64,000 bases of DNA, taken from the NCBI GenBank assembly GCA_020632395.1, contig JACKFQ010000002.1, positions 7,299 to 71,298 of the forward strand, given 5' to 3'. Numbering within the stretch: the first letter of the stretch is position 1; each line of letters starts with the position of its first letter. The DNA is from Candidatus Nomurabacteria bacterium. GTDB lineage: Bacteria > Patescibacteriota > Dojkabacteria > SC72 > JAHDCA01. The notes beneath the pieces were generated by a model. The model was not told the DNA's origin. It searched no databases and worked only from the letters and a program-made list of their open reading frames with translations. A program made the translations under genes and the position numbers. Shown here one piece after another: positions 9,241 to 19,184 of this stretch.

Positions 9241-9705
9241 TCATTGGGGATCTTCATGACCTAATGCCTGTATCAGTTCGTCACACCATTCGGAAACTGA
9301 ACTGTCTAACTGATCATCAGGATCACCATCAAGTTTGAGAGCATCTATGAGCTCAATAGCACCGCTATTGAGTGCACGAGACCTGATCATATCCATCGCT
9401 TTACAAAAATTTTCCTCACCGTAGATCAGATCTCCCAAACCTATAAACGCCATTTTTACTCCCGTCAGATCAAGATCTGGAATCTCTTCGTACAAACTCT
9501 CTAAGAATTGATTCATCTGTCCCATATCCCAAGTCGATGTAGCTACAATATAAATATCTTTTGTATTGAACAATTCCCCATCAATCTCCTCTGCTCTGTG
9601 TAGCATGGTTTCTAAACCCAATCCTGCCTGTAATAGATACTCCGCAACATAGCTTGCCACCCTTTCTGTATTACCCGTAACAGACGCATAGATTATATTG
9701 ACCAT
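9241..9705 (-). CDS. Flavodoxin
   Basis: MVNIIYASVTGNTERVA FMN phosphate-binding loop; 154 aa; lies downstream of pflA in the same operon. Confidence 0.7.
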   Translation of the reverse strand: MVNIIYASVTGNTERVASYVAEYLLQAGLGLETMLHRAEEIDGELFNTKDIYIVATSTWDMGQMNQFLESLYEEIPDLDLTGVKMAFIGLGDLIYGEENFCKAMDMIRSRALNSGAIELIDALKLDGDPDDQLDSSVSEWCDELIQALGHEDPQ

Positions 9706-9708
9706 CTC

Positions 9709-10518
9709 TTAAACACTAATCTTATTATGTTTCATTATCGGGAGCTTGAACTCTCTTAAGACCATTGCAACCCTATCGATATCCTCTTGGGTAGCAGGTT
9801 CTGTACTATCCAGTTTATAACTACCAAATAATTCTATCCATTTATAACGCCCCAATGTCACATAAGGCAAGAGTTCTATGGATTCGAAATTTCTTATCCT
9901 ACCCACAAACCTCCCAAGTGCTTTGATATCTTCCTCTCCATCTGTCAATCCGGGTACCACAACGTACCTTATCCTGATAGACTCTTTTCTTCCCATCTCT
10001 GTAAGTTTTTCGTCCAGCCATCTTAGATTTGTGTGTATCGACTTGTTTGGCTTACCCGAGATCTCGAGATGCTTCCCCTCGTCCATATGTTTGATACTAA
10101 TCATCCAGAGATCCACCTTATCTATAAGCATTTCCAAAACATGTTCAGATGTATACAATGAGGTCTCTACAACAGTATGTACATCAAGCTTTTTCAATTC
10201 ACTTAATAAGTCTTCCAAAAACACCGGTTGTGCAAGTGGATCTCCACCAGTGATCGTTACTCCTCCATGTAGTTCGGGTTCGGGGATCACCCTAGTTTCA
10301 TTACGTCGTATATACCTTTGCCAGTAAGGTTTATTCCTCATGATCCTCGATACGAGTTCATCTGTATCGATATGTTCACCTCGATCAGCTAAAGTTGTAT
10401 CAATACTGTGACAGAAAGAACATTGCAAAGGACATCCTTGTAATACAACAACTGTACGCAATCCCGGTCCGTCTACAGCGCCTAATGTTTGAATTGAATG
10501 TAGGACTCCTTGTTTCAT
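9709..10518 (-). CDS. pflA: Pyruvate formate-lyase activating enzyme (radical SAM)
   Basis: GCPLQCSFCHS = C-x3-C-x2-C radical-SAM cluster motif, about 270 aa, adjacent to the glycyl-radical enzyme. Confidence 0.85.
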   Translation of the reverse strand: MKQGVLHSIQTLGAVDGPGLRTVVVLQGCPLQCSFCHSIDTTLADRGEHIDTDELVSRIMRNKPYWQRYIRRNETRVIPEPELHGGVTITGGDPLAQPVFLEDLLSELKKLDVHTVVETSLYTSEHVLEMLIDKVDLWMISIKHMDEGKHLEISGKPNKSIHTNLRWLDEKLTEMGRKESIRIRYVVVPGLTDGEEDIKALGRFVGRIRNFESIELLPYVTLGRYKWIELFGSYKLDSTEPATQEDIDRVAMVLREFKLPIMKHNKISV

Positions 10519-10521
10519 TTC

Positions 10522-12762
10522 TTAAAAGCTTTTATGAAATGTTCTAGCGATGACCTCATCTTGCTGTTCCCTGCTTAATCTATTGAATAGTACTGCATAA
10601 CCACTAACACGAATTGTCAGTTGTGGGTATTTCTCAGGATGATCCTGTGCATCTTTTAATGTCTCTCGATTGAACACATTTACGTTCAGATGATGTGCAC
10701 CTTTGCCGATAAAGTATCCATCTAACAATTGTACTAAGTTACCTGTCTGCTCGTCATCACTTTTCCCTAAAGCGCCAGGGATTATACTGAATGTATTTGA
10801 GATACCATCCTGGCAGTAGTGATACGGTAATTTTGCGACACTATTCAAAGAAGCTATAGCTCCGTTCTTATCTCTACCATGCATTGGATTTGCTCCAGGT
10901 GCAAAGGGCGTACCCGAAAATCTTCCATCAGGCGTTGAACCTGTTGCTTTCCCATAAACTACATTGGAGGTAATAGTAAGTATGGATAATGTGTGTACAC
11001 TCTCTCGATAAGTCTTGTATCTTCTAAGTGCTTTCATGAATTCCCTAACGATCTCAACTGCTATCATATCCACTCGATCATCATCATTTCCAAACGCCGG
11101 ATAATCCCCAATGATCTCATAACCTACTGCTACACCATTTGCACCCCACTTGGGTCTAACTTTTGCATATTTGATAGCAGAAAGGGAGTCTGTCACGACT
11201 GATAATCCTGCAATCCCAAAAGCCATGTATCTTTTCACTAATGGGTCATGTAATGCCATCTCAGCTGATTCATAATGATACTTATCATGCATGTAGTGGA
11301 TCACATTCATTGCTGAAACATATCGTTCTGCAAGCCAATCCATCAACTGAACAAATCGTGGCCAAACTTTATCATACTGTAGATACTCTGAATCATTCAT
11401 CGATCGTAGACCTGGTATGATGATCTCTCCTCCAGTATGTTCAGGATCACCATCCAGTGGTTCTTCTTTACCTCCGTTTATAGTCAACAACAAAACTTTT
11501 GCAAGATTTGCTCTTGCACCAAAAAATTGCATCTCCTTACCGATCGTCATACCCGATACACAACACGCTATCCCGTAATCATCACCGTAATATGGCTTCA
11601 TCAGGTCATCATTCTCATACTGAATAGAGCTAGAGGATATCGATTGCTTTGCACAGTAGCTCTTCCAAACCGGAGATATATCTCTACCCCACAGCACTGT
11701 TAGATTAGGTTCTGGTGCAGGACCGAGATTTGTAAGTGTATGTAAGAATCGATACGATGTCTTTGTGACCATGCTACGACCATCCAAACCTGTTCCTCCT
11801 AGAACTAAGGTCACCCAGGTAGGGTCTCCGGCAAACAGCTGGTCGTATTCTGGATGTCGTAAATGTCGGATTATACGCAATTTGATAACAAGATCATCGA
11901 TCATTTCCTGTATCTGACCTTCACTGTATTTACCTGTATTGAGGTCATGTTCGAAATATATATCCAGAAACGCATCTAGTCGCCCCATTGACATAGCAGC
12001 TCCATCTTGTTGCTTAACAGCCGCTAAATAGGCGTAATAGATCCACTGCACAGCTTCTAGTGAATCTCTAGCAGGTTTGGACACGTCGTGACCATAACCT
12101 TCTGCCATCTTCTCGATATCCTTAAGTGCACTGATCTGATCCATTATCTCTTCTCGTAATCTGATCGTGTCTTGATCCATTTCTAATAGTGCTTCCTCAA
12201 GATACTGCTCCCTCTGCTGTATGAGCTTCTCTGTACCGTACAGTGCTAATCTACGGTAATCACCAATTATCCTCCCTCTACTATAGTTGTCAGGTAATCC
12301 TGTAATGATATGATGGCTACGTAAATTCCTGATCTCAGGGGAATATGCATCAAATACGCCGTCATTATGTGTTTTACGATATTCGTAATATATCTTAGAG
12401 ATATTTTTGGGGATCTCATATCCAAACGCTTCTGCAGCATTCTCAACTAAACGTATCCCTCCATTTGGTTTGATCGCTCGCTTCAAAGGTGCATCTGTTT
12501 GTAACCCTACGATCACCTCGTTTGGTTTATCAATATAGCCGGGCTGATGGCTTGTGATCGTTGATGGTGTCTCCACATCCAGATCTAAGATCCCCTTTTC
12601 TCTCTCTTCTGCTATCAATTCGGTCAATTTTTTCCAGAGAGCTTTCGTCCGATCAGTTGCTGGTACAAGGAAGTTCTCACTCCCCTCATACGGAGTGTAA
12701 TTCTTTTGAATAAAATCCCTTACATCAATATCTTCTTGCCATATTCCAGTATTAATATCCAT
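10522..12762 (-). CDS. pflB: Pyruvate formate-lyase (formate C-acetyltransferase, glycyl radical enzyme)
   Basis: C-terminal glycyl radical motif [27 protein letters not shown] and active-site Cys pair GIACCVSGM; 746 aa. Confidence 0.9.
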   Translation of the reverse strand: MDINTGIWQEDIDVRDFIQKNYTPYEGSENFLVPATDRTKALWKKLTELIAEEREKGILDLDVETPSTITSHQPGYIDKPNEVIVGLQTDAPLKRAIKPNGGIRLVENAAEAFGYEIPKNISKIYYEYRKTHNDGVFDAYSPEIRNLRSHHIITGLPDNYSRGRIIGDYRRLALYGTEKLIQQREQYLEEALLEMDQDTIRLREEIMDQISALKDIEKMAEGYGHDVSKPARDSLEAVQWIYYAYLAAVKQQDGAAMSMGRLDAFLDIYFEHDLNTGKYSEGQIQEMIDDLVIKLRIIRHLRHPEYDQLFAGDPTWVTLVLGGTGLDGRSMVTKTSYRFLHTLTNLGPAPEPNLTVLWGRDISPVWKSYCAKQSISSSSIQYENDDLMKPYYGDDYGIACCVSGMTIGKEMQFFGARANLAKVLLLTINGGKEEPLDGDPEHTGGEIIIPGLRSMNDSEYLQYDKVWPRFVQLMDWLAERYVSAMNVIHYMHDKYHYESAEMALHDPLVKRYMAFGIAGLSVVTDSLSAIKYAKVRPKWGANGVAVGYEIIGDYPAFGNDDDRVDMIAVEIVREFMKALRRYKTYRESVHTLSILTITSNVVYGKATGSTPDGRFSGTPFAPGANPMHGRDKNGAIASLNSVAKLPYHYCQDGISNTFSIIPGALGKSDDEQTGNLVQLLDGYFIGKGAHHLNVNVFNRETLKDAQDHPEKYPQLTIRVSGYAVLFNRLSREQQDEVIARTFHKSF

Positions 12763-12879
12763 TTTGATCGGGGCTTAGGTTAATTCTTCTTTAATATATC
12801 ATATTCCCCACAGCAGGGGTCCCATTGCATGACTACTGATATATGCTAGAATCATCCTCATATTTGATATATCTACCAT

Positions 12880-13725
12880 ATGTACTTATCACAAAAAGCA
12901 GTTCTGTTAGCGGGTGCAAATCTCGGACTTGATTGTGAGATACTCCACCCAGACGCTATCACAGTACGAGTGGCAATTAACGGTAGGTATTACTATTTCA
13001 CACACTGGATCAAGCCTTTCAATACAGTAGATACTGTTCGATTGTTGAAAGATAAGGATCTTACTTATTCATTACTGGCAAAACATATAAAGATACCGGA
13101 TTGGGAACCTTTTCTTGACCCTCACGTAGATGACTTCTACCCCATATCCCCAAATTCCAACAACTATAAAAGTGTCCATGACATAGCTAAAAGGATCGAG
13201 GATGTTTTCGGATACCCCCACATCATCAAACCCAACAAGGGGAGCACAGGAAAGAACGTATCTAAGGTCACAAATATGACAGAGCTACTAGCAAGCCTCA
13301 ATACAGTTTTCGAACATGGATCACAAAATTACGACTATATAGCAATCGCTCAGGAATTTGTCGATATAGCACACGAATACAGGATTCTAACATTTCGAGG
13401 GGATATCCTGATGATGTATGAAAAAGATATATCTAATGCTACTTATATTGGAAATCTCAGTCCACTTCATTGGGAAAATTCGAAAGCTGTGATGATTAAT
13501 GATATTACTCTCCAAAATAAGATCCTTGAATTCATTAAACCCACTTGGCGCGAGATCGACATTCAATTTGCTGGATATGATATTGCTATTGATAAAGGTG
13601 GGGACATGAGATTGATCGAGATCAATAGTAATCCGGGTTTGAAACATCTGATAGATGATAACGGTATAGAGCCTGTGGTGAAAATGTACGAGAAGATATT
13701 TACAAAGATCCGTGACCAGATCTAA
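12880..13725 (+). CDS. ATP-grasp domain protein (RimK/ligase-like), function unknown
   Basis: HIIKPNKGSTGKNV ATP-binding loop and C-terminal RLIEINSNPGL motif typical of the ATP-grasp fold. Confidence 0.45.
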   Translation: MYLSQKAVLLAGANLGLDCEILHPDAITVRVAINGRYYYFTHWIKPFNTVDTVRLLKDKDLTYSLLAKHIKIPDWEPFLDPHVDDFYPISPNSNNYKSVHDIAKRIEDVFGYPHIIKPNKGSTGKNVSKVTNMTELLASLNTVFEHGSQNYDYIAIAQEFVDIAHEYRILTFRGDILMMYEKDISNATYIGNLSPLHWENSKAVMINDITLQNKILEFIKPTWREIDIQFAGYDIAIDKGGDMRLIEINSNPGLKHLIDDNGIEPVVKMYEKIFTKIRDQI

Positions 13726-15197
13726 CCGATCTCCTCTTGTAAAACTCCATCCTCAAGCGTGATCATCCTGTCGACATTTACATTATCAACAAAATATCGA
13801 TCATGTGATATCAGTAGTATATTTCCCTTGAACTCAGAAAGTGCATCTTCGATGACCTCTTTAGTTCCGATATCCAAATGATTTGTTGGCTCATCAAGGA
13901 TCAAGAATTCAAAGTCATTTTGTGCAAATATGGCAAATGACAATCGAGCTCTCTGTCCCGGACTTAAGTCCCCTAGTTTATAAGTCCGTAACTCTTTAGG
14001 GAACAGGAATTTCTCCAACACGCCAAACGACCTATCATAAGAAACTGATGTTTGATCCAAGAAATATTCTTGTACGCTTCGATCCATTGGTAAGTGTGAT
14101 TGATCTTGCGAGAAGTATTCCCAACGGACATTCTCTCCCCACTCGATACTCCCTTTATATGAACTCAATGATCCTATCAAGAGCTTGATCAGTGTTGTTT
14201 TGCCTGTACCATTAGCACCAAACAACCATATTTTCTCACCACCAAGAACTTTAAGGTCTATCTGTCTCAAGATCTCACTACCTGTTTCGTAAGCAAACGA
14301 GAGACCTTGTATATCAAGCATTTTTTTACTACTGTGTACCTTTCCTGTGATGTTCAATCCTTTTAACTGGACTTTTGAGTACTTGCTTATCTCATTTCGT
14401 AGAACTTCCCTTTCCATGCGCTTTTTAGCAGCCTTGACCGCTCGTCCTCGTTTATGTCCACTTTGTATCCTTCTTGCATTCATAAGTAATCTCTCGAGCT
14501 TTTCTCTCCTCTTTTCTTGATGTATCAACTGCTTTTCGCGCATCTCAACCCACTTCTCTTTGCCTAATATATAAGCATCATAATTTCCGACAAACTCATT
14601 CAGCTGTCCCTCATCGATCTCGAATATCTTTTGTACTGAGGAATTTAAAAATGACCTATCATGCGAGATAATGATTGCATTTCCTTGATACCTATCGACA
14701 AATTGTTCGAACCACATAATGCCGTCAATATCCAGATGGTTCGTTGGTTCATCTAGCAATAGCAAAGGATACTGACCAAGTTGCATAGCATCAGAATGCT
14801 GTGCCAACAATCCTGTCATGTACAGCTTCATCTTCTGTCCCTCACTTAGGGCTGATATGTACATATAATCGTCATGATCTCCAAATCCAAGCTGTCCAAG
14901 TATTCGTTTGACCTTGTATATATCGTTGATAGGATCATCTACCAGCCTCTCTAGGAATTCCCCAATAAGTTGTTCTTCGGGAAGAGAGAATTCTTGAGGC
15001 AGATAACACACAGGTGTTGGTATCTCAATCACTCCTGCGTCAGCAACCTCTAAACCGGCCAAGATTCTCATCAGTGTAGTCTTCCCACATCCGTTTAAGC
15101 CTACTAACCCAACCTTATCCCTATCCCCGAGCATGAACGAAACATCTCGAAATAGATCCAAATTGTAACTTTTTGCTAATCCATTCACTCTTAACAT
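13722..15197 (-). CDS. ABC-F family ATPase (tandem ABC domains, no TM domain; translation-factor-like)
   Basis: Two nucleotide-binding domains: GLNGCGKTT/LSEGQKMKL/LLLLDEPTNHLD and GANGTGKTT/LSPGQRARL/FLILDEPTNHLD, joined by a charged linker. Confidence 0.8.
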   Translation of the reverse strand: MLRVNGLAKSYNLDLFRDVSFMLGDRDKVGLVGLNGCGKTTLMRILAGLEVADAGVIEIPTPVCYLPQEFSLPEEQLIGEFLERLVDDPINDIYKVKRILGQLGFGDHDDYMYISALSEGQKMKLYMTGLLAQHSDAMQLGQYPLLLLDEPTNHLDIDGIMWFEQFVDRYQGNAIIISHDRSFLNSSVQKIFEIDEGQLNEFVGNYDAYILGKEKWVEMREKQLIHQEKRREKLERLLMNARRIQSGHKRGRAVKAAKKRMEREVLRNEISKYSKVQLKGLNITGKVHSSKKMLDIQGLSFAYETGSEILRQIDLKVLGGEKIWLFGANGTGKTTLIKLLIGSLSSYKGSIEWGENVRWEYFSQDQSHLPMDRSVQEYFLDQTSVSYDRSFGVLEKFLFPKELRTYKLGDLSPGQRARLSFAIFAQNDFEFLILDEPTNHLDIGTKEVIEDALSEFKGNILLISHDRYFVDNVNVDRMITLEDGVLQEEIG

Positions 15198-15407
15198 AAT
15201 GTGGTTATTGTATGTTTTTTCACTCTTAGATGGAAGGGTCGATCAGGGTGAATGAGAGTGTGAGTTTTGTAACTTGGCGAATCAGGGATCGGTTGGTTGG
15301 TATATTTTACGGTTGGAGGAGATAGTTGGATCGAGGGAGATTAGAGTGGAGATGCTTTTAATGTTACTCTTATACCACCTCCCCTCATGCACTATAAGTT
15401 AGCGGGA

Positions 15408-15483
15408 TGGTGAGCGCGCTGGGAGTCGAACCCAGAACCTAGCGGTTAAGAGCCGCTTGCTCTGCCAATTGAGCTACGCGCCC
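15408..15483 (-). tRNA. tRNA-Lys (anticodon CUU), CCA encoded
   Basis: Reverse complement GGGCGCGTAGCTCAATTGGCAGAGCAAGCGGCTCTTAACCGCTAGGTTCTGGGTTCGACTCCCAGCGCGCTCACCA folds as a cloverleaf: 7-bp acceptor stem, D-loop AATTGG, anticodon loop CUCUUAA (anticodon CUU), T-loop GGTTCGACTCC. Confidence 0.85.
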
Positions 15484-15562
15484 GGAAATTCTATTGGATT
15501 CTATCAGAAATGTCTGATTTTGTAACCCTCCGAGGCAAGTCCACAACTGCAATCCGAACTGA

Positions 15563-16186
15563 TCAACTTTCGATAATCTCCATCACAACCCGTTCCAATG
15601 CTGTATCCATGAGATCAGATTCATACCTCACATCTGAAACAGGATGAAGCGTGGAACCAAGCACCAATTCAGTTGCACAATTACTGCAGAACATCTGTAA
15701 ATTTGCAATATTGATAAACTTTAGCTCCTTATTAGAATTACATTTAGTACATTTTCGCATATCCGGCAAATACCCCAAATACTCTAACAACCACATGCGG
15801 AACTTATTGACCGCTCTCCTACTAACATCTCCGTGTACTAGTGCTACAAGCCGAGTATATACTTCTGTTTCAGGTTCATCCTCTGGTAACATCTTGTTGA
15901 TCATCAACAATACCTTCGAGATCTCCTTTACCTGCTGATGATCTAGAATAGGTGCAAATTCTAACGAAGCCTCTATTAGACTTCCGAGATTTCTGCCTTC
16001 GTAATAAGTAATTGATGAGATCGATAAGGTTTGAACAGATGGACGATTCTTACTCTCAATTTTTCTAACTCCCTTTGCGATCAGAGCAAAACGTCCTCGC
16101 TTAGAGCCAAAGACTGTGATTATTCTGTCGGCTTCAGAAAAATTGACCCCCTTGATCACCAATACATTATCCTTAACTAATGCCAC
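15563..16186 (-). CDS. recO: DNA repair protein RecO (short form)
   Basis: N-terminal OB-fold region (IITVFGSKRGRFALIAKGVRK) and a C-terminal Cys4 zinc motif (CTKCNS...CSNC). Confidence 0.65.
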   Translation of the reverse strand: MALVKDNVLVIKGVNFSEADRIITVFGSKRGRFALIAKGVRKIESKNRPSVQTLSISSITYYEGRNLGSLIEASLEFAPILDHQQVKEISKVLLMINKMLPEDEPETEVYTRLVALVHGDVSRRAVNKFRMWLLEYLGYLPDMRKCTKCNSNKELKFINIANLQMFCSNCATELVLGSTLHPVSDVRYESDLMDTALERVVMEIIES

Positions 16187-17321
16187 GCAGGTATGCCTTC
16201 AGCTTATTTTCAAATCTATCTCTAGAAAATTGAACCGCTTGAGAGCGACATAAATTCGGATCAAAACTCATCTTCTCAAAATCCTTTATGGTATCTATAA
16301 GTGCTCTCGGTGAATACTCTCTAAAAAACACCCCAGACACACCTTCTTTGATCGTTTCTAGTACACCTCCACCGGCATACGCAATTACAGGAGCTCCGGA
16401 AGCATTGGCTTCTATTGGAATTATCCCAAAATCCTCATCTTTTACAGGGAAGATCAATGCTTTACACTTGTACAGCAATTCCCTCTTCTGCTTCTCACTC
16501 ACAAACCCTAAAAAACCGACAAGATGACGTACACCTAATTCATCAACCAAAGACCTCAGTCGCTCTAGATCACTTCCACTCCCAGCTATCTTCAATCTGA
16601 AATGCCCCTCTGCAACAGCTCGGATAGCTAACTCTACACCCTTATAACTCTCTACTCGACCAAAATACAGATACCAATCCTCACGGCTTTGGGTGTTCCG
16701 ATTGAATTTCATTTTGTTAATTTCCACAGGAGGATAAACGACATCAGAAGAACGATTATATACTTTTGCTACACGTTTTCTTACCTCATCTGATATTGAG
16801 ATCAGATACCTGTACTGTTTCACTGAATTCAGATCCCACTTTCGCCACAAGCTCTGCAAAGGATTTTTTAAGAAATTGTCGTAGACCTTGTAGCTGAATG
16901 ATGGTAAAGAGTTGATCGATCTTGTTTCCATCCATAGAAACCTAGGGGGAGTGAGTGCTATAAGAATAGAAGGGATACGTTCAGGTATTCTAACGGTTTT
17001 CTCGAATCCGTCAGAAAGCACTATTACAAGATCGTGCTTAGAAAGGTCTAATGTACTATACGCCAGAGGGTGCAAGGGAATCAGCTCTCGATCTAGTTTT
17101 TCTTTATATGGGAATTTTTGAAGTATCGAAGATCGAAGAACAAAATTTTCAAAATACTGCTCTCTGAATTCATCATCATACCAAGCAGTATAGATTGTAC
17201 ACTTATTAAATATCGATGCCAGAACTTTAAGTTCATATTCAGCTCCACCCCACTTTTGAAGTTGATGTACTACGATGGCTGGATCCTTAAATTTCATCAA
17301 TAGATTCCTTAATGAAATCAA
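16173..17321 (-). CDS. Glycosyltransferase family 4 (GT-B)
   Basis: EDFGIIPIEANASGAPVIA E-x7-E-type motif. Overlaps the neighbouring genes. Confidence 0.75.
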   Translation of the reverse strand: MISLRNLLMKFKDPAIVVHQLQKWGGAEYELKVLASIFNKCTIYTAWYDDEFREQYFENFVLRSSILQKFPYKEKLDRELIPLHPLAYSTLDLSKHDLVIVLSDGFEKTVRIPERIPSILIALTPPRFLWMETRSINSLPSFSYKVYDNFLKNPLQSLWRKWDLNSVKQYRYLISISDEVRKRVAKVYNRSSDVVYPPVEINKMKFNRNTQSREDWYLYFGRVESYKGVELAIRAVAEGHFRLKIAGSGSDLERLRSLVDELGVRHLVGFLGFVSEKQKRELLYKCKALIFPVKDEDFGIIPIEANASGAPVIAYAGGGVLETIKEGVSGVFFREYSPRALIDTIKDFEKMSFDPNLCRSQAVQFSRDRFENKLKAYLRGIS

Positions 17322-18417
17322 CTAACCTCTCAAGAAACCTCTCCTCAGTATACTCCTTTGCTCTGGCAACGATCCTTTTCTGATCCATTCGATTTCTATA
17401 TCCGATATTTCTTACCAACTCATTCAATTCATTCTGATCATTAAAAAAGTATCCTGTCTGACCAGAAACAACAGTCTCAGTAACTCCTCCTTCATTATAT
17501 GCTAAAACGGGACAACCAGATGCCATAGCCTCAACAGGAACATATCCGAAATCTTCCACCCCACAAAAAAGAAGTGCATCAGCATTTTTATACAGATCCC
17601 TTACTACCTCATCGGGTTGCCATCCAAGCATTTCGACCCTACTGCCTGCCAACCTCTTCAATCGCTCTCTTTCTGGTCCATCACCTACTATGAGAAGTCG
17701 CCTATCCTCCTCGTTTGCTGCTCTGATCGCCATATCGACCCTTTTATAGTCATATAACCTCGAAACCACAAGATAAAATTGTTCATTAATGCTTGTAGGG
17801 ATCTTTGCATTTCCGGTATCGAACCAATATTTTGATATCCCGGGATATATGACAGATGAGTCTCTATGATACACATGTTGTACCTTATTTTGAATATACT
17901 TGGAGATCGAGATCAATCTATCTACACGCTTTATTGCTGATTGATCCCAAAGTCTAAGGTAGGTCTTAACAAATGGTGAGACACTGCGATACGCTCGTGC
18001 GAGTATGGAACCGCGAAAGTTATCCTCATGATCCCATAAGGAACGTGGAGGTGTGAGGATGATCCCTATGTGGGGCTGTTTTAAACCTGTGATAACTCCC
18101 TTAGCAACACCAGCAGAGAGTGAGATCACAAGATCTACGCCATCAAGATCGAATCCTTCGATAGCTACTGGCGAAAGGATATTTAAGTGACGATAGAATC
18201 GCCGTGAAAATGGGATATCTTGAATAAAGCTCGTTTCTATAGAGTTCTGAAATTTCCAGCGATCATGCTTGTAATTCTCTCTGAAGTATACAGTTGTATA
18301 GATCTTTGCAGTAGGAAAGATCGATAAGATGGAAAACACCATTCTATCAGCACCCCCTGGCATGGCGAGGGAATCAACAACTATCGCTACTTTCAGAGGA
18401 TCCGTTCTCTTAGACAT
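17287..18417 (-). CDS. Glycosyltransferase family 4 (GT-B)
   Basis: EDFGYVPVEAMASGCPVLA motif. Confidence 0.75.
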   Translation of the reverse strand: MSKRTDPLKVAIVVDSLAMPGGADRMVFSILSIFPTAKIYTTVYFRENYKHDRWKFQNSIETSFIQDIPFSRRFYRHLNILSPVAIEGFDLDGVDLVISLSAGVAKGVITGLKQPHIGIILTPPRSLWDHEDNFRGSILARAYRSVSPFVKTYLRLWDQSAIKRVDRLISISKYIQNKVQHVYHRDSSVIYPGISKYWFDTGNAKIPTSINEQFYLVVSRLYDYKRVDMAIRAANEEDRRLLIVGDGPERERLKRLAGSRVEMLGWQPDEVVRDLYKNADALLFCGVEDFGYVPVEAMASGCPVLAYNEGGVTETVVSGQTGYFFNDQNELNELVRNIGYRNRMDQKRIVARAKEYTEERFLERLVDFIKESIDEI

Positions 18418-18435
18418 ACGTGGAGTTTACCACAT

Positions 18436-18987
18436 TTATAGCTCAGGAAGCTCTTCATCATCTACAAAACCCGAAAGACCATTAAGATCTGACTCATCAT
18501 CATCTTGATCTAAAAGCTCTAGAGCATCAGCCATATCAACATCTGATATATGTGCCGTACCATCAGAAGGATCATCGGGAAAGATGTCTTCTAATTTCCC
18601 ACTTGCGAATGTAACAACATCTTCGTCTAATTCGTCCGTCAATGCTGCTATTCCTTCATCCTCCTCAATGATCTCTTTCACTTCTTCTACCATTTCACCA
18701 GCTACTTCGATTTCCCCTTCAAATTCCTTTCCAAGGTCATCTATGAACTCTTTTGCGGGGATCTCGGTTCTTTTTTTGCTTTTTCCTAATGTAGACAGAT
18801 AGTTGATAGCCTCGTCGTCGTATTTCTCGACAACCTCAACGACTTTCAAAGATGCGGGACATACCATATATATCCGACTGTCCTCGTCCTCAGGATCTGC
18901 ATTTACAGGGGCAAAGACGATCAATTGGACACTACGTTTAAGTGAATTCGGATCTGTGGTCGGAGACTTTGTTTTGGGAGTAGGCAT
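18436..18987 (-). CDS. Highly acidic hypothetical protein (Asp/Glu-rich C-terminal two thirds)
   Basis: 183 aa with no recognisable motif. Co-directional with secA and immediately downstream of it. Confidence 0.3.
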   Translation of the reverse strand: MPTPKTKSPTTDPNSLKRSVQLIVFAPVNADPEDEDSRIYMVCPASLKVVEVVEKYDDEAINYLSTLGKSKKRTEIPAKEFIDDLGKEFEGEIEVAGEMVEEVKEIIEEDEGIAALTDELDEDVVTFASGKLEDIFPDDPSDGTAHISDVDMADALELLDQDDDESDLNGLSGFVDDEELPEL

Positions 18988-19184
18988 CGTAAAAACAAAG
19001 AGAATATTATCTTTTAGCTAACTCAGAATAATATAGGCATATAACTATGTCAATAAATCCTATAATGTCGATGTTGAGCGAATTTGACACAGTGATCTTT
19101 TTAGCGTCATAGAGGCAATGAGTGTTTTCTCAACTAGAAATGTGGTCAACCTATGATATGTTTTTAGCCTAACAGAATAGCATA

